Shown here one piece after another: positions 1 to 12,349 of a stretch of 64,000 nt of DNA. Source of the DNA: Callorhinchus milii (Eukaryota); contig NW_024704742.1 in the NCBI RefSeq assembly GCF_018977255.1, positions 40,426,001 through 40,490,000 of the forward strand, given 5' to 3'. Position numbers and translations under genes: made by a program. Positions within the stretch are counted from its first letter, which is position 1; each line of letters starts with the position of its first letter. Under the pieces are notes generated by a model. The model ran no database searches. It was not told the origin of the DNA and saw nothing but the letters and a program-made list of their open reading frames with translations.

Positions 1-612
1 AAATTCTTGTTCATGCCTTTATCACCTCCAGGCTCGAGTATGCAAACTCCCTGCTTGTCAGCCTTCCCAACTCCTCCCTCCACAGGCTGCAGATAATCCA
101 GAACTCTGCAGCCCGTGTCCTCTCCCACACCAAACTCCATGACCCCATCTCCCCCACTCTCGCCCGACTCCACTGGCTCCCTATCCTTCAGAGGATCCAG
201 TTCAAGATCCTGGTCCTCACCTACAAAGCCCTCCATGGCCTCGCCCCACCCTACCTCTGTGACCTCCTAACCCCCTACCAACCCGCCCATTCCCTCCGCT
301 CAGCCGGCTCCGGCCTGCTCCACATCCCCCGACCCACCCGTCCCATCATTGGCGGGAGAGCCTTCAGCCACTCTGCCCCAAACCTCTGGAATTCCATCCT
401 CCAATCACTCCGACTCGCCCCCGCCTTAGCCTCCTTTAAGTCCCTCCTCAAGACTCTCCTCTTCAAACATGCCATCGCCCACACCTCCTTCCTCTCCCCC
501 CTTCCCTGACCCCAGCTCAGGTCTGAAATGCTGTGCACTGTTCAGCGCCTTGGGACATCCTCCCGACATGAAAGGCGCTATACAAATGTAATCTGGTTGT
601 TGTTGTTGTTGC
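1..612 (+). mobile_element. L2-clade LINE 3' fragment (ORF2 C-terminus, 3' stem-loop, (TTG)n tail)
   Basis: The frame from base 3 reads ILVHAFITSRLEYANSLL...LQIIQNSAARVL...LHWLP...RAFSHSAPNLWNS, typical of the L2 ORF2 end. Confidence 0.9.
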
Positions 613-1419
613 TAATAATGTCTGTTGGCATTTTTTCTGATGTGATTGTAAATTTGCAGATTTGAGCTTCTAGGTTCCTAGTGTTCTAGGGCAAGGGGAA
701 CAAGAATAACAAAAATCATTATTGTGTAGCAAGGTTGGATACCCTACAATTCCATTGTGAAATTAAGCAGAAAATGATTCCACATTGATACATTGCCTTA
801 AAAGGCCTGGGTGCGTCACACAGTCACAAATGGATGAATGAAAGGTTTATGGAGCAACAAGGTTATTGAGATAAATTATCCGGATATCACATTAGTCAAA
901 ATGGACTCTGAGGAGAATACTAAAGGATAAATGTCACTAAATGGCCTTGCCCCAAGTTGTAAATCTGCAATCTATGCCCCGACACTTAATTTTTTCTATT
1001 GAACAATAATATATAACCTTTTTAAAAACACTTACCACACAGTCATTGGTTTCATTTTCACAGCAATTCCAAGGTTTCAGCCCTCAAATGTAATGCCGCT
1101 TCTCAGTGAAAGTAATCAGCAGCTGGGAGTCACTGGGCTGCGTGTTCAGTGATGGAGCACCATATTCCGGCTCCCAAATCCTGCAAATGCAACAAAGTTC
1201 ACAGCCAACAGCAGCAGATCAGCAGGGGTTGTGTTGTGAGATTGTAATTATGGCTTTTTTTTATTAAATGAGATGTAAGAACCAGTGAAGAACATGCAGA
1301 GACATAGACAGACACTTTGCTAGCAGAGGCATTAAGGGTTCTTGTACAAGCCCTCCCCCTTTTCAATACAGGGTACAATGCAAAGGACGACTCTAGCTGC
1401 TTTCTAGTCCGATTCAAGT

Positions 1420-1635
1420 CTATTACATGCTCAAAGAATGGTGGAAGCCACTTCGATAACAACTTTTAAGAGAGAAGTTGATAATTATTTGGGGAGGACA
1501 AGTTTCCAGGGCTATGGGGAGACAGCGGGGGAGTGGGATTGAATTGGATAGCTCTTTTCAAAGAGCTGGCACAGATGATGGCCGAATGGCCTCCTTCTGT
1601 GCTGTATAATTCTATGAGTCTATGATTCTATGATG
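1420..1635 (+). mobile_element. CR1-clade LINE 3' end
   Basis: GCCGAATGGCCTCCTTCTGTGCTGT followed by (TTCTATGA)-type tail repeats. Related copies at ~27240-27395, 37975-38280, 46490-46600 and 57720-57860. Confidence 0.75.
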
Positions 1636-2604
1636 TGTGTTCCTATTTTACAGATGACTGTTGAAAAGGTGAAGGAAGTGTTGAGTCTTATGGTTCAGAA
1701 TTCTTTGAAATGGGTCTACAATGCAATATTTGTCACAAGATTCACAAATAATGATTTAAAGTTGTAAATAGCAAGTTCTGCTGACCCAAGAGAACTCTGC
1801 TCTGACACAATCTGCATCCAGATCAAGATCCCATTGATTGGTGTGACACATTTCCAGTTCCTGGCAGGTCGTATTAGTATAAACACTATTTCCTGAAAAA
1901 ATAGCTTAGGGATTAAAGAAGTGTAAGAACGGTTTAGAAATCAGAGCAGCATTTTGTCTGTTTGTAATTTGAACCATTTGCAACAATCCCATTCTAATTT
2001 AGAGTTAATGGTTTTATCATTTTGTGAAGCTTTGTTCAGAAGAAAGCAGAGTGCAATAGGAGCTTGGTTTTAAATGCTGTTGACAGACTTGGGGCTGGAA
2101 TATGATTTAACAATATTTCTGTGCAGAGAGTCACTATTCCAGATTGTTCTGACATTAACACCAACAATAACCTTACCCCAAAGCCAGATCTTCAATTCCC
2201 TGCCGGGTAATTACCAAAGACGAGATGTGGATTTAGCAAGAACCTGCATTTATTTATGAATCACTGGGTCCTGAAAGATTCACTGCTTAAGGCAATAATT
2301 GTCAGCACCAAGAGATGTTTGGGTTGTATACGAGCAAAGCAATAGTACTTCTACCCTCGTCGCTGATTTCTTACAAGAGAAGATATGGAATCAGCATGAA
2401 CTAATGACATTAATCACATTAATAATGTGTTGTACTAGCAGTGTCAGCTCTCAATGTTAACAAAAGGATTAACAATGCACGAAAAGCCTCAAGGATAAGT
2501 CATAGGTTCTAAGCAACCACATCTTGATTTGAAATTTAGGAATGAATTTTCATCTCCAAAAATATACCTCACCCCTGACCAAATTGGAGCCTATGTTTTT
2601 ACAT

Positions 2605-2850
2605 AATAATAATAAAATAATAATCCTTGCATTTGATATAGCGCTTTTCACATCTTCTGGCTGTCTCAAAGCACTTCACAGAATAGACTGTAAAGTGAAT
2701 TGACAGTATATTTGTGGGCGAAACGCGGCAGCCAATTGAGCACAGCAATGTCCCACAAACAGTCGTAGATTGAAAATGACCAATTTATTATTGTTTTTGT
2801 TTTGGAGGGATTATTATTAGGCGTGTGGAGTAAGGAAACTTGCCCTTAAA
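2605..2850 (-). mobile_element. tRNA-derived SINE, head missing
   Basis: Reverse complement of the body and tail of the element at 6186-6509. Confidence 0.85.
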
Positions 2851-2959
2851 TAACTGTTTTAAACTATTGAAGACTATAGGGTCAGGTGTGAAATTAACAG
2901 ATGGTACAAAGTCAAGATTAGTTCTGTACTGTTGGCCAGAAAGCATAAAGAGGATACAT

Positions 2960-3250
2960 ACCCTACCATCGGTGGCCGGGCTTTCAGCCTCTCTGCCCCC
3001 AAGCTCTGGAACTCCATCCCACGGTCCCTTTGCCTCGCTTCCTCCCTTACCTCCTTCAAGACCGGTCTCAAGACTCTTCTCTTCAATCGTGCCTTTGTCC
3101 GCCCTCCCACCTCTCTGCCTTCCTTCACCCCTACACCATCCCTCCCCCATGCTCGGGCCCCGACACCTGACTGTTCAGCGCTTTGGGACATCCTCCCAAC
3201 GTGAAAGGCACTCTATAAATGTAATTTTGTTGTTGTTGGTTGTTGTTGTT
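2960..3250 (+). mobile_element. L2 LINE 3' fragment
   Basis: Encodes PTIGGRAFSLSAPKLWNSIP...FKTGLKTLLF, followed by the stem-loop and (TTG)n tail. Confidence 0.88.
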
Positions 3251-4140
3251 GATGTTACATGCAAGGAAATTATAGCAACTTTGTGTTGAGACCCAGTGTT
3301 GTAATGAAAGTTCAGTATTTCAATGCCAGGGCAAGTTCATTATACCTGTTAGATGTATACTTACAGGCAGCTTCACTGAGATGTTTTTTTTCTTTGCAAT
3401 TCCTCTGCTTATTGTTTGCTAGATAGAGGCACACATTAGTATAGTGGCACAGATTATACAACATGTAATCTAATGTTACGGTTTAAATTTACTAAAAGCA
3501 TAGCATCCCCTAAGTATAATGATTGGACTTTCCCTTTACACCACATTTTTGCTTCTCATTGTACCAGCGCCTTGGGACGTCCTCCCGACATGAAAGGCGT
3601 TCTATAAATGCAATCTTGTTGTTGTTGCTTTCTGATTTGTCTCAGGGAATCTCACATGGAATATCAGAAACAAAAAGGAAGTTTTCCTGGACATGTCTTG
3701 CTGCCTTCTCTCATTTGTGCATTTAAAAAAAACTATGGGTTCAAGATTAATACAAGGATATGCTTCTGCAATTTTACAGTCTCCCCATAGTTAGCTTGTA
3801 CAATTCAAACCATATGTTCTTATGTAACCAATCGAGAATACTTGAAATGTACTCTGTTTACTCTGCAGTGTCCTACATGGAACACACATTCAAGAACTTT
3901 TTTCTGCCTGCTGACCATTTTGAAGATTCAAGCAGTTGAGCTAAAATGCCAGAATTGATTAATTTCTTTCTATTCGTATTTGCGTTGAATATCTCATAAC
4001 ATATAAGAATTTTCACCAAGATGGAAGTAATGATATAACCGTGGCCGGGGAGAGAAAACGAACACAAAATGACAAGACTGCGCTTTGGGGTTGAGTTCAG
4101 CTAAGAGAAACTGACACAAGCAGGGAATGAACACGATTGA

Positions 4141-4510
4141 GTCAGCCTGGCTCAGTTAGTGGTAATCACACCTTTGGTTCAGAAAGGTTCAAGTCTAATG
4201 TTGGGACTGGATTTACAATCCAGACTGACACTTTACTGCAGTATTGGGAGCACTGCATTGTTGGAGCAGCCTTCTAGGGAAGGAGACCCTAAACCAATAA
4301 CCCATCTGCCTGCCCTTAGGTGGATGTTAAAGATCCCATAATAGCACTATTCAAAACGAGAAGAGAGTGTCATTGTCTTGGCAAATAAAACCTTTGGATT
4401 AATTGGGCATTCATCCCATGGCCATTTATGGGGACTTGCTGACACAAACAGCTGCCTATAAAAACAGTCACTTGACAGTGATTACCTGTGAAGTGCCTTG
4501 AGATATTTCA
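4141..4510 (+). mobile_element. Old Deu-domain-type SINE (SacSINE1/AmnSINE-like), degraded
   Basis: tRNA-like head (CAGCCTGGCTCAG...) and core TAGGTGGATGTTAAAGATCCCAT. Related degraded copies at ~9833-10140, 14950-15250, 21590-21870, 28240-28620(-), 30480-30720(-), 31555-31880 and 43790-44030(-). Family name from recall. Confidence 0.6.
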
Positions 4511-5461
4511 ACGTGATGAGGCAAAATAGCAAAAAAAAGTAAGCTCCTTTATCATTACTGAGAGGCATCCCAAAGTTGAGTGCCATTGATTCCAGTACTG
4601 ATTTAGAATGAAGAGTGTGGGAGGATTATAGCAGTAAGTGGAGTTTGGATGAAGCTGACCTCCTTTTCTTGCTATAAATAGGGCACTAAATAACACTGCT
4701 CCTAGCCACTTAGTCAGTCCTTACTATTCCCTCAGGAGTTATTTTTATTGTCCGTTTTCCTTCAGTTCATGTTCAGGAAGCCTTTGCGTTTTTTCTTCGC
4801 AAGTCTGTCTCCTCATCTCACTGAGCGCATTAAATCAATGAGTTAAATGATCAGTCATGAAAGACTTGAGCGATAACAAAGCTTTTATTTTCCCCCAGCA
4901 CAGGATGAACATGTCCTATGGAAATCTTCCTTGATTGTGTATCCTTTGTTTGCCCTGAGTGGCTCGCTCAGAGTAAACAAATCAACAGTCACCATCAGCT
5001 GAGGCTGTTTGCTCGGTCTGCTTTATTGAACACACACATTCTCCTGTAGAAAACAACCAAACAGTGCAGTCAGTCAGTCAAATGTGGGCCATTGAGATCC
5101 GCCTGCGCTTTATTCCTCTCCTGATATATATGCCCAGCTGGAAGGCTGTTTAGTGTCTTCAACTGATCAGCTGTACGTTGCAATGGTAATAGTTTGAACC
5201 CAGCCTGGTACCTTTCAAGTCCAGTAAAACCAGGGAAAGGTTTCTGGGCTGCAAAACATAAACATATTCACTTGCTGAGTGTCAGTACAAACAATTGCAC
5301 TTCGGTTTTACAAATAGTGAAACAGACGACTACTTTTGGAAAACAAAACATATGTTGTCTTTTTGCACTTCTAAACCCTTGAAAACTTAAACATTTTTTT
5401 GTGCTTTTCCAAATCATGAGATAACACACCCTGGCTGCCCTGTGTGAAGAAATATAGTGGA

Positions 5462-5860
5462 AATAATTATAATAATAAATAATAATCCTTGCATTTGATA
5501 TAGCGCCTTATCACATCTTCGAGACATCTCAAAGCACTTCACAGGATATACTGTAAAGTGGATTGACTGTATATTTTGTGGGCAAAACACAGCAGCCAAT
5601 GGCTCACACCAGTGTCCCAAACAGTCATGGATTGAGTAACCAAATTCTTCTTATTATTTTTGTTTATTTATTTTTGAATTGATTGTTACCCCCTTAAAAG
5701 TGATCCGCCAATCAAATAATAACCAGATTCCTACTTACTGCTAGGTAAACAGAGGTGTGGAGTAAGGAAACTTGTGCAACGTTTTGCCCTGCTGAGAATT
5801 GAATCCAGGTCCTCTCGCTTGTGAGACAAGTGCTCTAACCACTAAGCTACAGGACTCCAA
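5462..5860 (-). mobile_element. tRNA-derived SINE, older subfamily with CTCTGTTTACCTAGCAGTAAGTAGG central block
   Basis: Head GGAGTCCTGTAGCTTAGTGGTTAGAGC with loop CTCACAA, and the same 3' tail as the 6186 family. Related copies at 20060-20232(-), 38370-38545(+), 44580-44915(-) and 55280-55560(+). Confidence 0.8.
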
Positions 5861-6185
5861 ATAAACCATCAATGAATTCTAGAGATGTATATGACCTCAT
5901 AATGTAGTGTCCCCAGTTACGGAAATGCAAAAAATTGTATTTATTTAAATTCTTTATTGTTTTGGAGTTCATGTATATGTCACACAATCTATTTTACACC
6001 ATAGGTTCCTCGGACCACTGTGTGAATTGTTATGACTGTCTGGTGACTGTCACAGCCACTGCCTCTCAAAGCATCTATTTCTGAACACAACTCTCCCACC
6101 CCCAAACATCATGAGTATAACTAACGTTGCTTTCTTCTTGGGATTAGTAACACATTACCTTATATATTATATTACATTATATTTT

Positions 6186-6509
6186 GGAGTCCTGTAGCTC
6201 AGTGGTTAGAGCACTCGCTTTGCAAGTGAGAGACCTGAGTTAAATTCCAGGCAGAGGGCGAAACCTTGGGCAAGTTTCCTTACTCCACACAGAGCCTAAT
6301 AATAATCCCTCCAAAACCAAAAACAATAATAAATTGGTCATATTCAATCTACGACTGTTTGTGGGACATTGCTGTGCGCAATTGGCTGCCACGTTCGCCC
6401 ACAAATATACAGTCAATTCACTTTACAGTGTGTTCTGTGAAGCGCTTTGGGACGTCCTCCCGACGTGAAAAGCGTTATATCAAATGCAAGGATTATTATT
6501 ATTATTATA
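6186..6509 (+). mobile_element. Full-length tRNA-Ala(TGC)-derived SINE with L2-type 3' stem-loop
   Basis: A-box TAGCTCAGTGG, anticodon arm CTCGC-TTTGCAA-GTGAG, degenerate B-box, 3' stem-loop and (ATT)n tail. Confidence 0.9.
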
Positions 6510-8429
6510 TACTGAAGAGAATTGCCAAAGGAAGAAAGAAATAGATACCCATTAGGTGGCATATATCTCTTTTGCTGAAGCAATTACACTGTTGGATTAA
6601 TAAGTAAAATGTTCAAATGTAGTGAGGCTTTCATTGGGCTTCATCATATGCTGATTGCTAAAGATAACAATTGATTTTGCATCTTTAGAGTTGAATTTTC
6701 CATTATAAAGATGTATGTAGTGAGAAAATTGCCCCTTTTAATGATCAGGTTATGATAACACCATCGTTTTCATGCTTATATGTTCACTTATGGCCTGTAG
6801 AACCAAAGGAATTGGACATTTGCCAATGGTGTTTGTGTTGGCTCTTTTGAAAAAGAAATCCATTTAGTCCTATTTACCTTCTTTTTCAGCATAGAGTTCA
6901 CCTAAAAATACACAGTCACAGTAATTCCTGTGAAACCCTTTGAGATATCCTCCCCATGTGAAAAGCACCATATCAAATGCAATGAATGCCATTATTTTAC
7001 CCTTGCAAATTATTCTTTTTTAGATATGTACCATTCACAAACTTCTTAGTCCAGCAACAACCCATAAATATTATTTTCTGATTAGATACCGATATCATTG
7101 TATTCTAATACCTATCTGAGTTATATTTAAAAAAAATAAAATTTGATGTAGCATAATCTATAGATTGGAACAAATTGCATAGGAATCCAAAAAGCAAACT
7201 GTAAATGTTATGCAATGTGATGTGTAATATTATCTAGCATAAATATAATCGGGCACCAGTGCACAAATTGTTAATTCTGTGTAAATTTTTATATTATTAA
7301 TCTGTATTTAAAAGGGGAAAATTCAGTGCCGGCTTTGAGAAGTAAGTTGAATAAGGACATGATAGAAATATAAATGACTTTATTTTCTCCTTGTGTTAAA
7401 ACTGATAATAGTCATATAATTCCAGAACATGTTGCGCTCTGACAGAATTTAATTTGAATAAATTTACAGACACCAAAGATCTTCAAAATGGCATTATTAA
7501 TGACACAGTGGTACAGAGACAGTAACTAATTTCAAACTCCACAGCACTCTGCAGTTTATAATTATTCTTAATCATTTAAATGCAAATGAATTTCCTGGGA
7601 GAAAAAGATCTAAGGCACTTGAGTGGGAACATATATCGTTGTGAGGAGCCCTGCACTGGGAGATTTCAGATAGCTGATAACAGTTGATTTGAGGTCAAAT
7701 AATAGTGTTCGTACATTTTGTATTTTATGTCACAGTTGATCCTCTTCCCACTCCTGTAAAGCTACACCTGTTCAAATGTTCACATTCTTAATCCAACCCT
7801 AACCATTGTGCTCACAGCAGAGAAAATAGTCTCCAAGGGGTTGTGGTGATTAAGTATTCTCATTGCTACGTGATCATGACCAATATTTGACTAATGTTAA
7901 ATTAATTGAACATCCTTTATTCCTCCTGAGCTCCAAATATGCCAAATCGTACATGCTCTTCATCTACCTCACATCCTTAATGTTGAAATCAAAATGCTTT
8001 GTATCATTTCCTACTCTGGACCATGCTATTTAACTGCAGATGTCTATCCCCATGCATTTTGCCCACCAAAACACACAGTCACTACACTTTACAGTATATT
8101 CTGTGAAGCGCTTTGAGATGTCTCAAAGACATGATAAGGTCCAAATCAAATGCAAGGGTTATTATTGTTAATATCCTCCTTCAGTGTTGGTCACCTGTTT
8201 CCAATCAAAATTGTGAATGCAGCCTTTTACCTTCTTCAATCATCCCCTTCAGGCAATGTATAATGTATAGTACCAGAAAAGACCATTCTATCTGCTTCAC
8301 TCACAAAATACACAGTCACTCCACTTTACAGTCTATCCATTCAAGCACTTTGAGACGTATCAACGTATCAAATGCAAGGATTATTATTATTAATAAGGAA
8401 AAACATATGTATTTGTCATATACTTATCT

Positions 8430-8580
8430 CAGGATGTGGGTGACTCTGACAGGCTCAGCATTTATTGCTCATCCCTGGTTGCCCTGAGACGATGGTGGCT
8501 GGGTTTTCTTTGTAAACCACTGAAGTCGTGGTGATGGTGCGCCCACAATGGTGTTGGGTAAAACATTCCAGGATTTTCTG
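8430..8580 (-). mobile_element. Degraded LINE (CR1-like) 3' end
   Basis: The reverse strand reads AAAATCCTGGAA...GGGCAACCAGGGATGAGCAATAAATGCTG, resembling a recalled chondrichthyan LINE 3' end. Confidence 0.5.
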
Positions 8581-8663
8581 GTGATTACGTGATGATTATG
8601 CCATGCAATAGTTTATGATTTGCCACACTATTACCACACTATTACCACATCTATTACCACTAG

Positions 8664-9221
8664 GCTCCATGACCCCATTACTCTCACCCTCGCCCGACTC
8701 CATGGCTCCCCATCCCCACAGAGGATCAAGTTCAAGGGCTCTGGCCTGCTCCACATCTCCCCCCCGACCCACCCTACAATCGATAGCCGGGCTTTCAGCC
8801 TCTCTACTCCCACACTCTGGAACTCCATCTCACAGTCCCTTTGCCTCACTTCCTCCCTTGCCTCCTTCAAGGCCGGTCTCAAGACCCTTCTCTTCGATCG
8901 TGCCTTTGGTCGCCCTCCCACCTCTCTGCCTTCCCTGACCCCTACACCACCCCTCCCCCATGCTTGGGCCCCGACACCTGACTGTTCAGCACTTTGGGAC
9001 ATCCTCCCGACGTGAAAGGCGTTCTATAAATGTCATTTTGCTGTTGTTAGTTCAAGTCCCGCCTCAAGACCTCCTCTTCGAACATGCCATCGGCCACCCC
9101 TTTCCCCTCCCCTCCCTTTCCCCCCCGACCCCAGCTCGGATCTGAAATACTGTACACTGTCCAGCGCCTTGGGACGTCCTCCCGACGTGAAAGGCGCTAT
9201 ACAAATGTAATCTTGTTGTTG
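8664..9221 (+). mobile_element. Compound L2 insertion (internally deleted 3' fragment plus a second L2 tail)
   Basis: Encodes LHDPITLTLARLH...RAFSLSTPTLWNS, with two stem-loop/(TTG) tails ending at ~9048 and 9221. Confidence 0.85.
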
Positions 9222-10148
9222 TATTACCACATCTATTACCACACTACTTCTACACTATTACAGGGACCTAAAACCATAATAGTTGCCATGTTTCAAATCT
9301 TTTCTATAAAAGTACAAAGAAAATTCCCATTTCACTCTAAATGCAGGCATGCCTTACTGATTACTGAAGAATTATGATACGTTTTCAAGTACCAGCCAAG
9401 ACACGACCACTGCGTGTATCCAGAACTACATATGGGTGGAAAAGGTATGGCTCAAATCATAGTGAGATGCATTAGGAAAACTGACCAGTTTCACCATTGA
9501 CTCATCATTGATACTTACAGATATTTGATTACCACTCCATATAACATTTTACATCATTGTCTAAACTTACTTGGTCGCAATTTCATTTGCTGCAATTCTA
9601 TTTGTGTTGCTGAAACAATGCCAGCTGTAGCAATTTGATGTTTGACCAGATGTGTACTGCTTATGCACATTACTTCAGTATTGTTCACCACTTTCCACAC
9701 AACGTGGGGAGGAGGGGAATACTTACTTCATTATTGTCCTCTGGGGACTTTCCTTGTGGTACCATCATCAATGAAGTATTGAATTACTGTCTGTTGCCTT
9801 TGGAGGGGAGGCAACTGTAGTGCCTTTCCTTGCCAGCTCAGTTAGCAGCTCTGAGTTGGAAGGTTGTGGATTTAGGAGTTTAAACTAATATCATCCAGGC
9901 TGACACTCTATTGCAGTTTTGGAGATGTGCTGCACTGGTGGAGGTGATGCCCTTTGGAAGAGAGAAGTTACTTCTGGTGTCCTGGCCAACAATCCCCCAG
10001 ATAAGATTGATCATCCACTCATCGTAGCTGTTTGTGTGACATTGCTATGTGCAAATTAGCTGCCATATTTACCCACAAAAATACAGTCACTAGAGTGAAT
10101 CCTGTGAAGTGTTTCAGGCTTCCTCCTGACATGAAAGGCGTTATATAA

Positions 10149-10700
10149 AACTAAATTCACCCATTGCAGCTATGCTTGCAACCAAAGGATCCAATATAGA
10201 ATGTAGATTGAGACACAGACAAACCCACAGACAGACATTTCATCTTTATCTTTACTCATCTGGGAGGACTCCTGTGGGAGGACTCCTTTTGGGAGGATTC
10301 AGCGGGAGGACTCAGTGCTTTAAAAAATGTAATTTTGTTGTTGTTGCCACAGCTTAGCTTTGTCTGTTTTCTTTATTGTGTTCTTGCCACATGGCTGCAT
10401 GCGTGCTCTGTGATGCAGGTTGCCACAGCGCCATGGTCAGCCGGCATGGCCACCAGGTGTAACTGCAGTGCGTGCGTACATACATACGTGCTTTGTGATG
10501 CACAATGCCACGGTAACACTTTGACTCAGCAGCCACCAGGTGTAACTGCAGCGAAAAACGCTAAACTGAAAATAACTCATGAACAATATAATAACGATAA
10601 ACAAATATGTCCATGTCACTCCCAACGATGCAAGACCTTTCTGATGAGGTGTAAATCATGTCTCTACATCAATCGATTATTGAGATCCTTCTTGAAGCGC
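10149..10700 (-). mobile_element. Non-autonomous Helitron-like element
   Basis: Homologous in opposite orientation to 31885-32370. On the minus strand it ends with a subterminal hairpin TTGCAAGC-ATA-GCTGCAA followed by ...TTAG|T. Confidence 0.5.
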
Positions 10701-11969
10701 AGAGAGATATTGTCATTTTCTTAATATATATATAATCCCTTACTCAACACCTGAAGTGATATCGGCTGATAGATATGCAACCTATGCGATCTTCTTCGGA
10801 AATGTGTTCTGGAAACAAAAGGTATAACACTTAATCAGCCATCTGGTAAATAAAGCATACATTGTTACACTTCTTGAGTATTTCGTGAAACCAAGATGCT
10901 TTACATAAAGTGTCAAATGCATTCCCAGAAATGCAATTTCACCAAATTGCTGGTTTTGTGTTTTGAAGTGCACTACTTCCTCAAAATGCAATCATTGATT
11001 TTCCCCATAGGCAATGTTTTGCTCTTGCCCTGGTTAATAGATCTCTAAATTAAGATCATATCAATTTTCTCCCATTTTTAGGTTTGGTTGACAGTGTCTT
11101 TGGTCTTTTTTTTTTAAATTTCTTATTTCCCTGTTGACCATGACGATACTTGTCAAATCCTTTGAGATATTCTTTTTTCGAGAAGGGTGAAATATAAATA
11201 TAATTTTTTGCTGATGATGAATACAACTTTCACTCCCAAATGCAAACTATTGTAGCTGCAAGTGCTCCATTATCTTAATTTTTGAACAATGGCACCTAGG
11301 CGAGGAGAGCATCTTTTGAGATATCCTCTATGCAGAGTGCTTTCAGATGTATAATGCAGTGTGGTGAAGTTTCCATTACTACATAACCAAACTTAGCAAA
11401 TTTCACTCAAATATTCCTGAGTTTCTAAACATATTTTCCATCATCATGTTATATAATAAAATGGCAGTGCGCAAATTTCACATTTTCCTACAATTTTACT
11501 TAAAGTAAAGGTACAATACTAACATATGGGATTGTCTGCCTCAGGAATCTGTCTCTTCTATGTGGAGTAGGATCTCAAACTGTGGAACAGTGGTTATCTT
11601 TGAGATTTACTATCAAAAATCTGACTATGTAAAGGGAATATTTATACAGTAATTCTATGAAATTTAGCTGCAAATCCTAAATTTTTGGGGGCTTAACAAG
11701 TATTTTGTGTATTCCAAATTTGTTTTTTACTCTATTCCAAAAGTTTACATTACTCTTTGTATATTTTTGAACTGTTTTTATCACTGTGACCTATGTACTG
11801 ATCGACCCATGTTGCAATTGGACAGTAATTAACTTTTGCACTGAAATCAAATCAGTACATCATTAAACTCAGAAATATGTGTCTACATCATCAATGGTTG
11901 AGAGAACTACCAATAATTACCTGTTAAAGGTCTTAACTTATTGGACCTATCTGTTACTCATTGTACCGA

Positions 11970-12262
11970 CATTTCGCTCCACCAGGTCTGGCCTCCTCCT
12001 TGTCCCATGCGTCCTCCGTTCCACCATCGGCAGCCGTGCCTTCAGTCATTATGCCCCAAGGCTCTGGAACTCCCTTCCTCACTCCCTTCACCTCGCTCCC
12101 TCTCTTCCCACTTTCAGGTCTCGGCTGAAGACCTTTCTTTTCGACCACGCCTTTGGACACCTTCCTCCCCCTCCCCCTGGCTCGGCTCCAGGATTTGTTA
12201 CTGTGAAGTGCTCTGAGACGCTGTCCGGCGTGGAGGGCGCTACATGAATCAAAGTTGTTGTT
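11970..12262 (+). mobile_element. L2 LINE 3' fragment (second subfamily)
   Basis: Encodes RSTRSGLLLVP...RAFSHYAPRLWNSLP...RLKTFLF. Confidence 0.85.
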
Positions 12263-12349
12263 ATGTTGCAATCATTACACTCTTGCTCAAACACCAAAGC
12301 AACATGCCATCCTTTCAATTTTGAGTGTTGTGTTATTCTTAATAAAGTA

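Noticed and set aside
6186..6260. tRNA-Ala gene
   Set aside because: There is no acceptor-stem pairing, and it continues into the SINE body and tail; it is a SINE head.
10439..10460. GCCGGCATGG resembling the HDV ribozyme 5' end
   Set aside because: There are no downstream P3/L3/P1 elements, and it lies inside a repeat.
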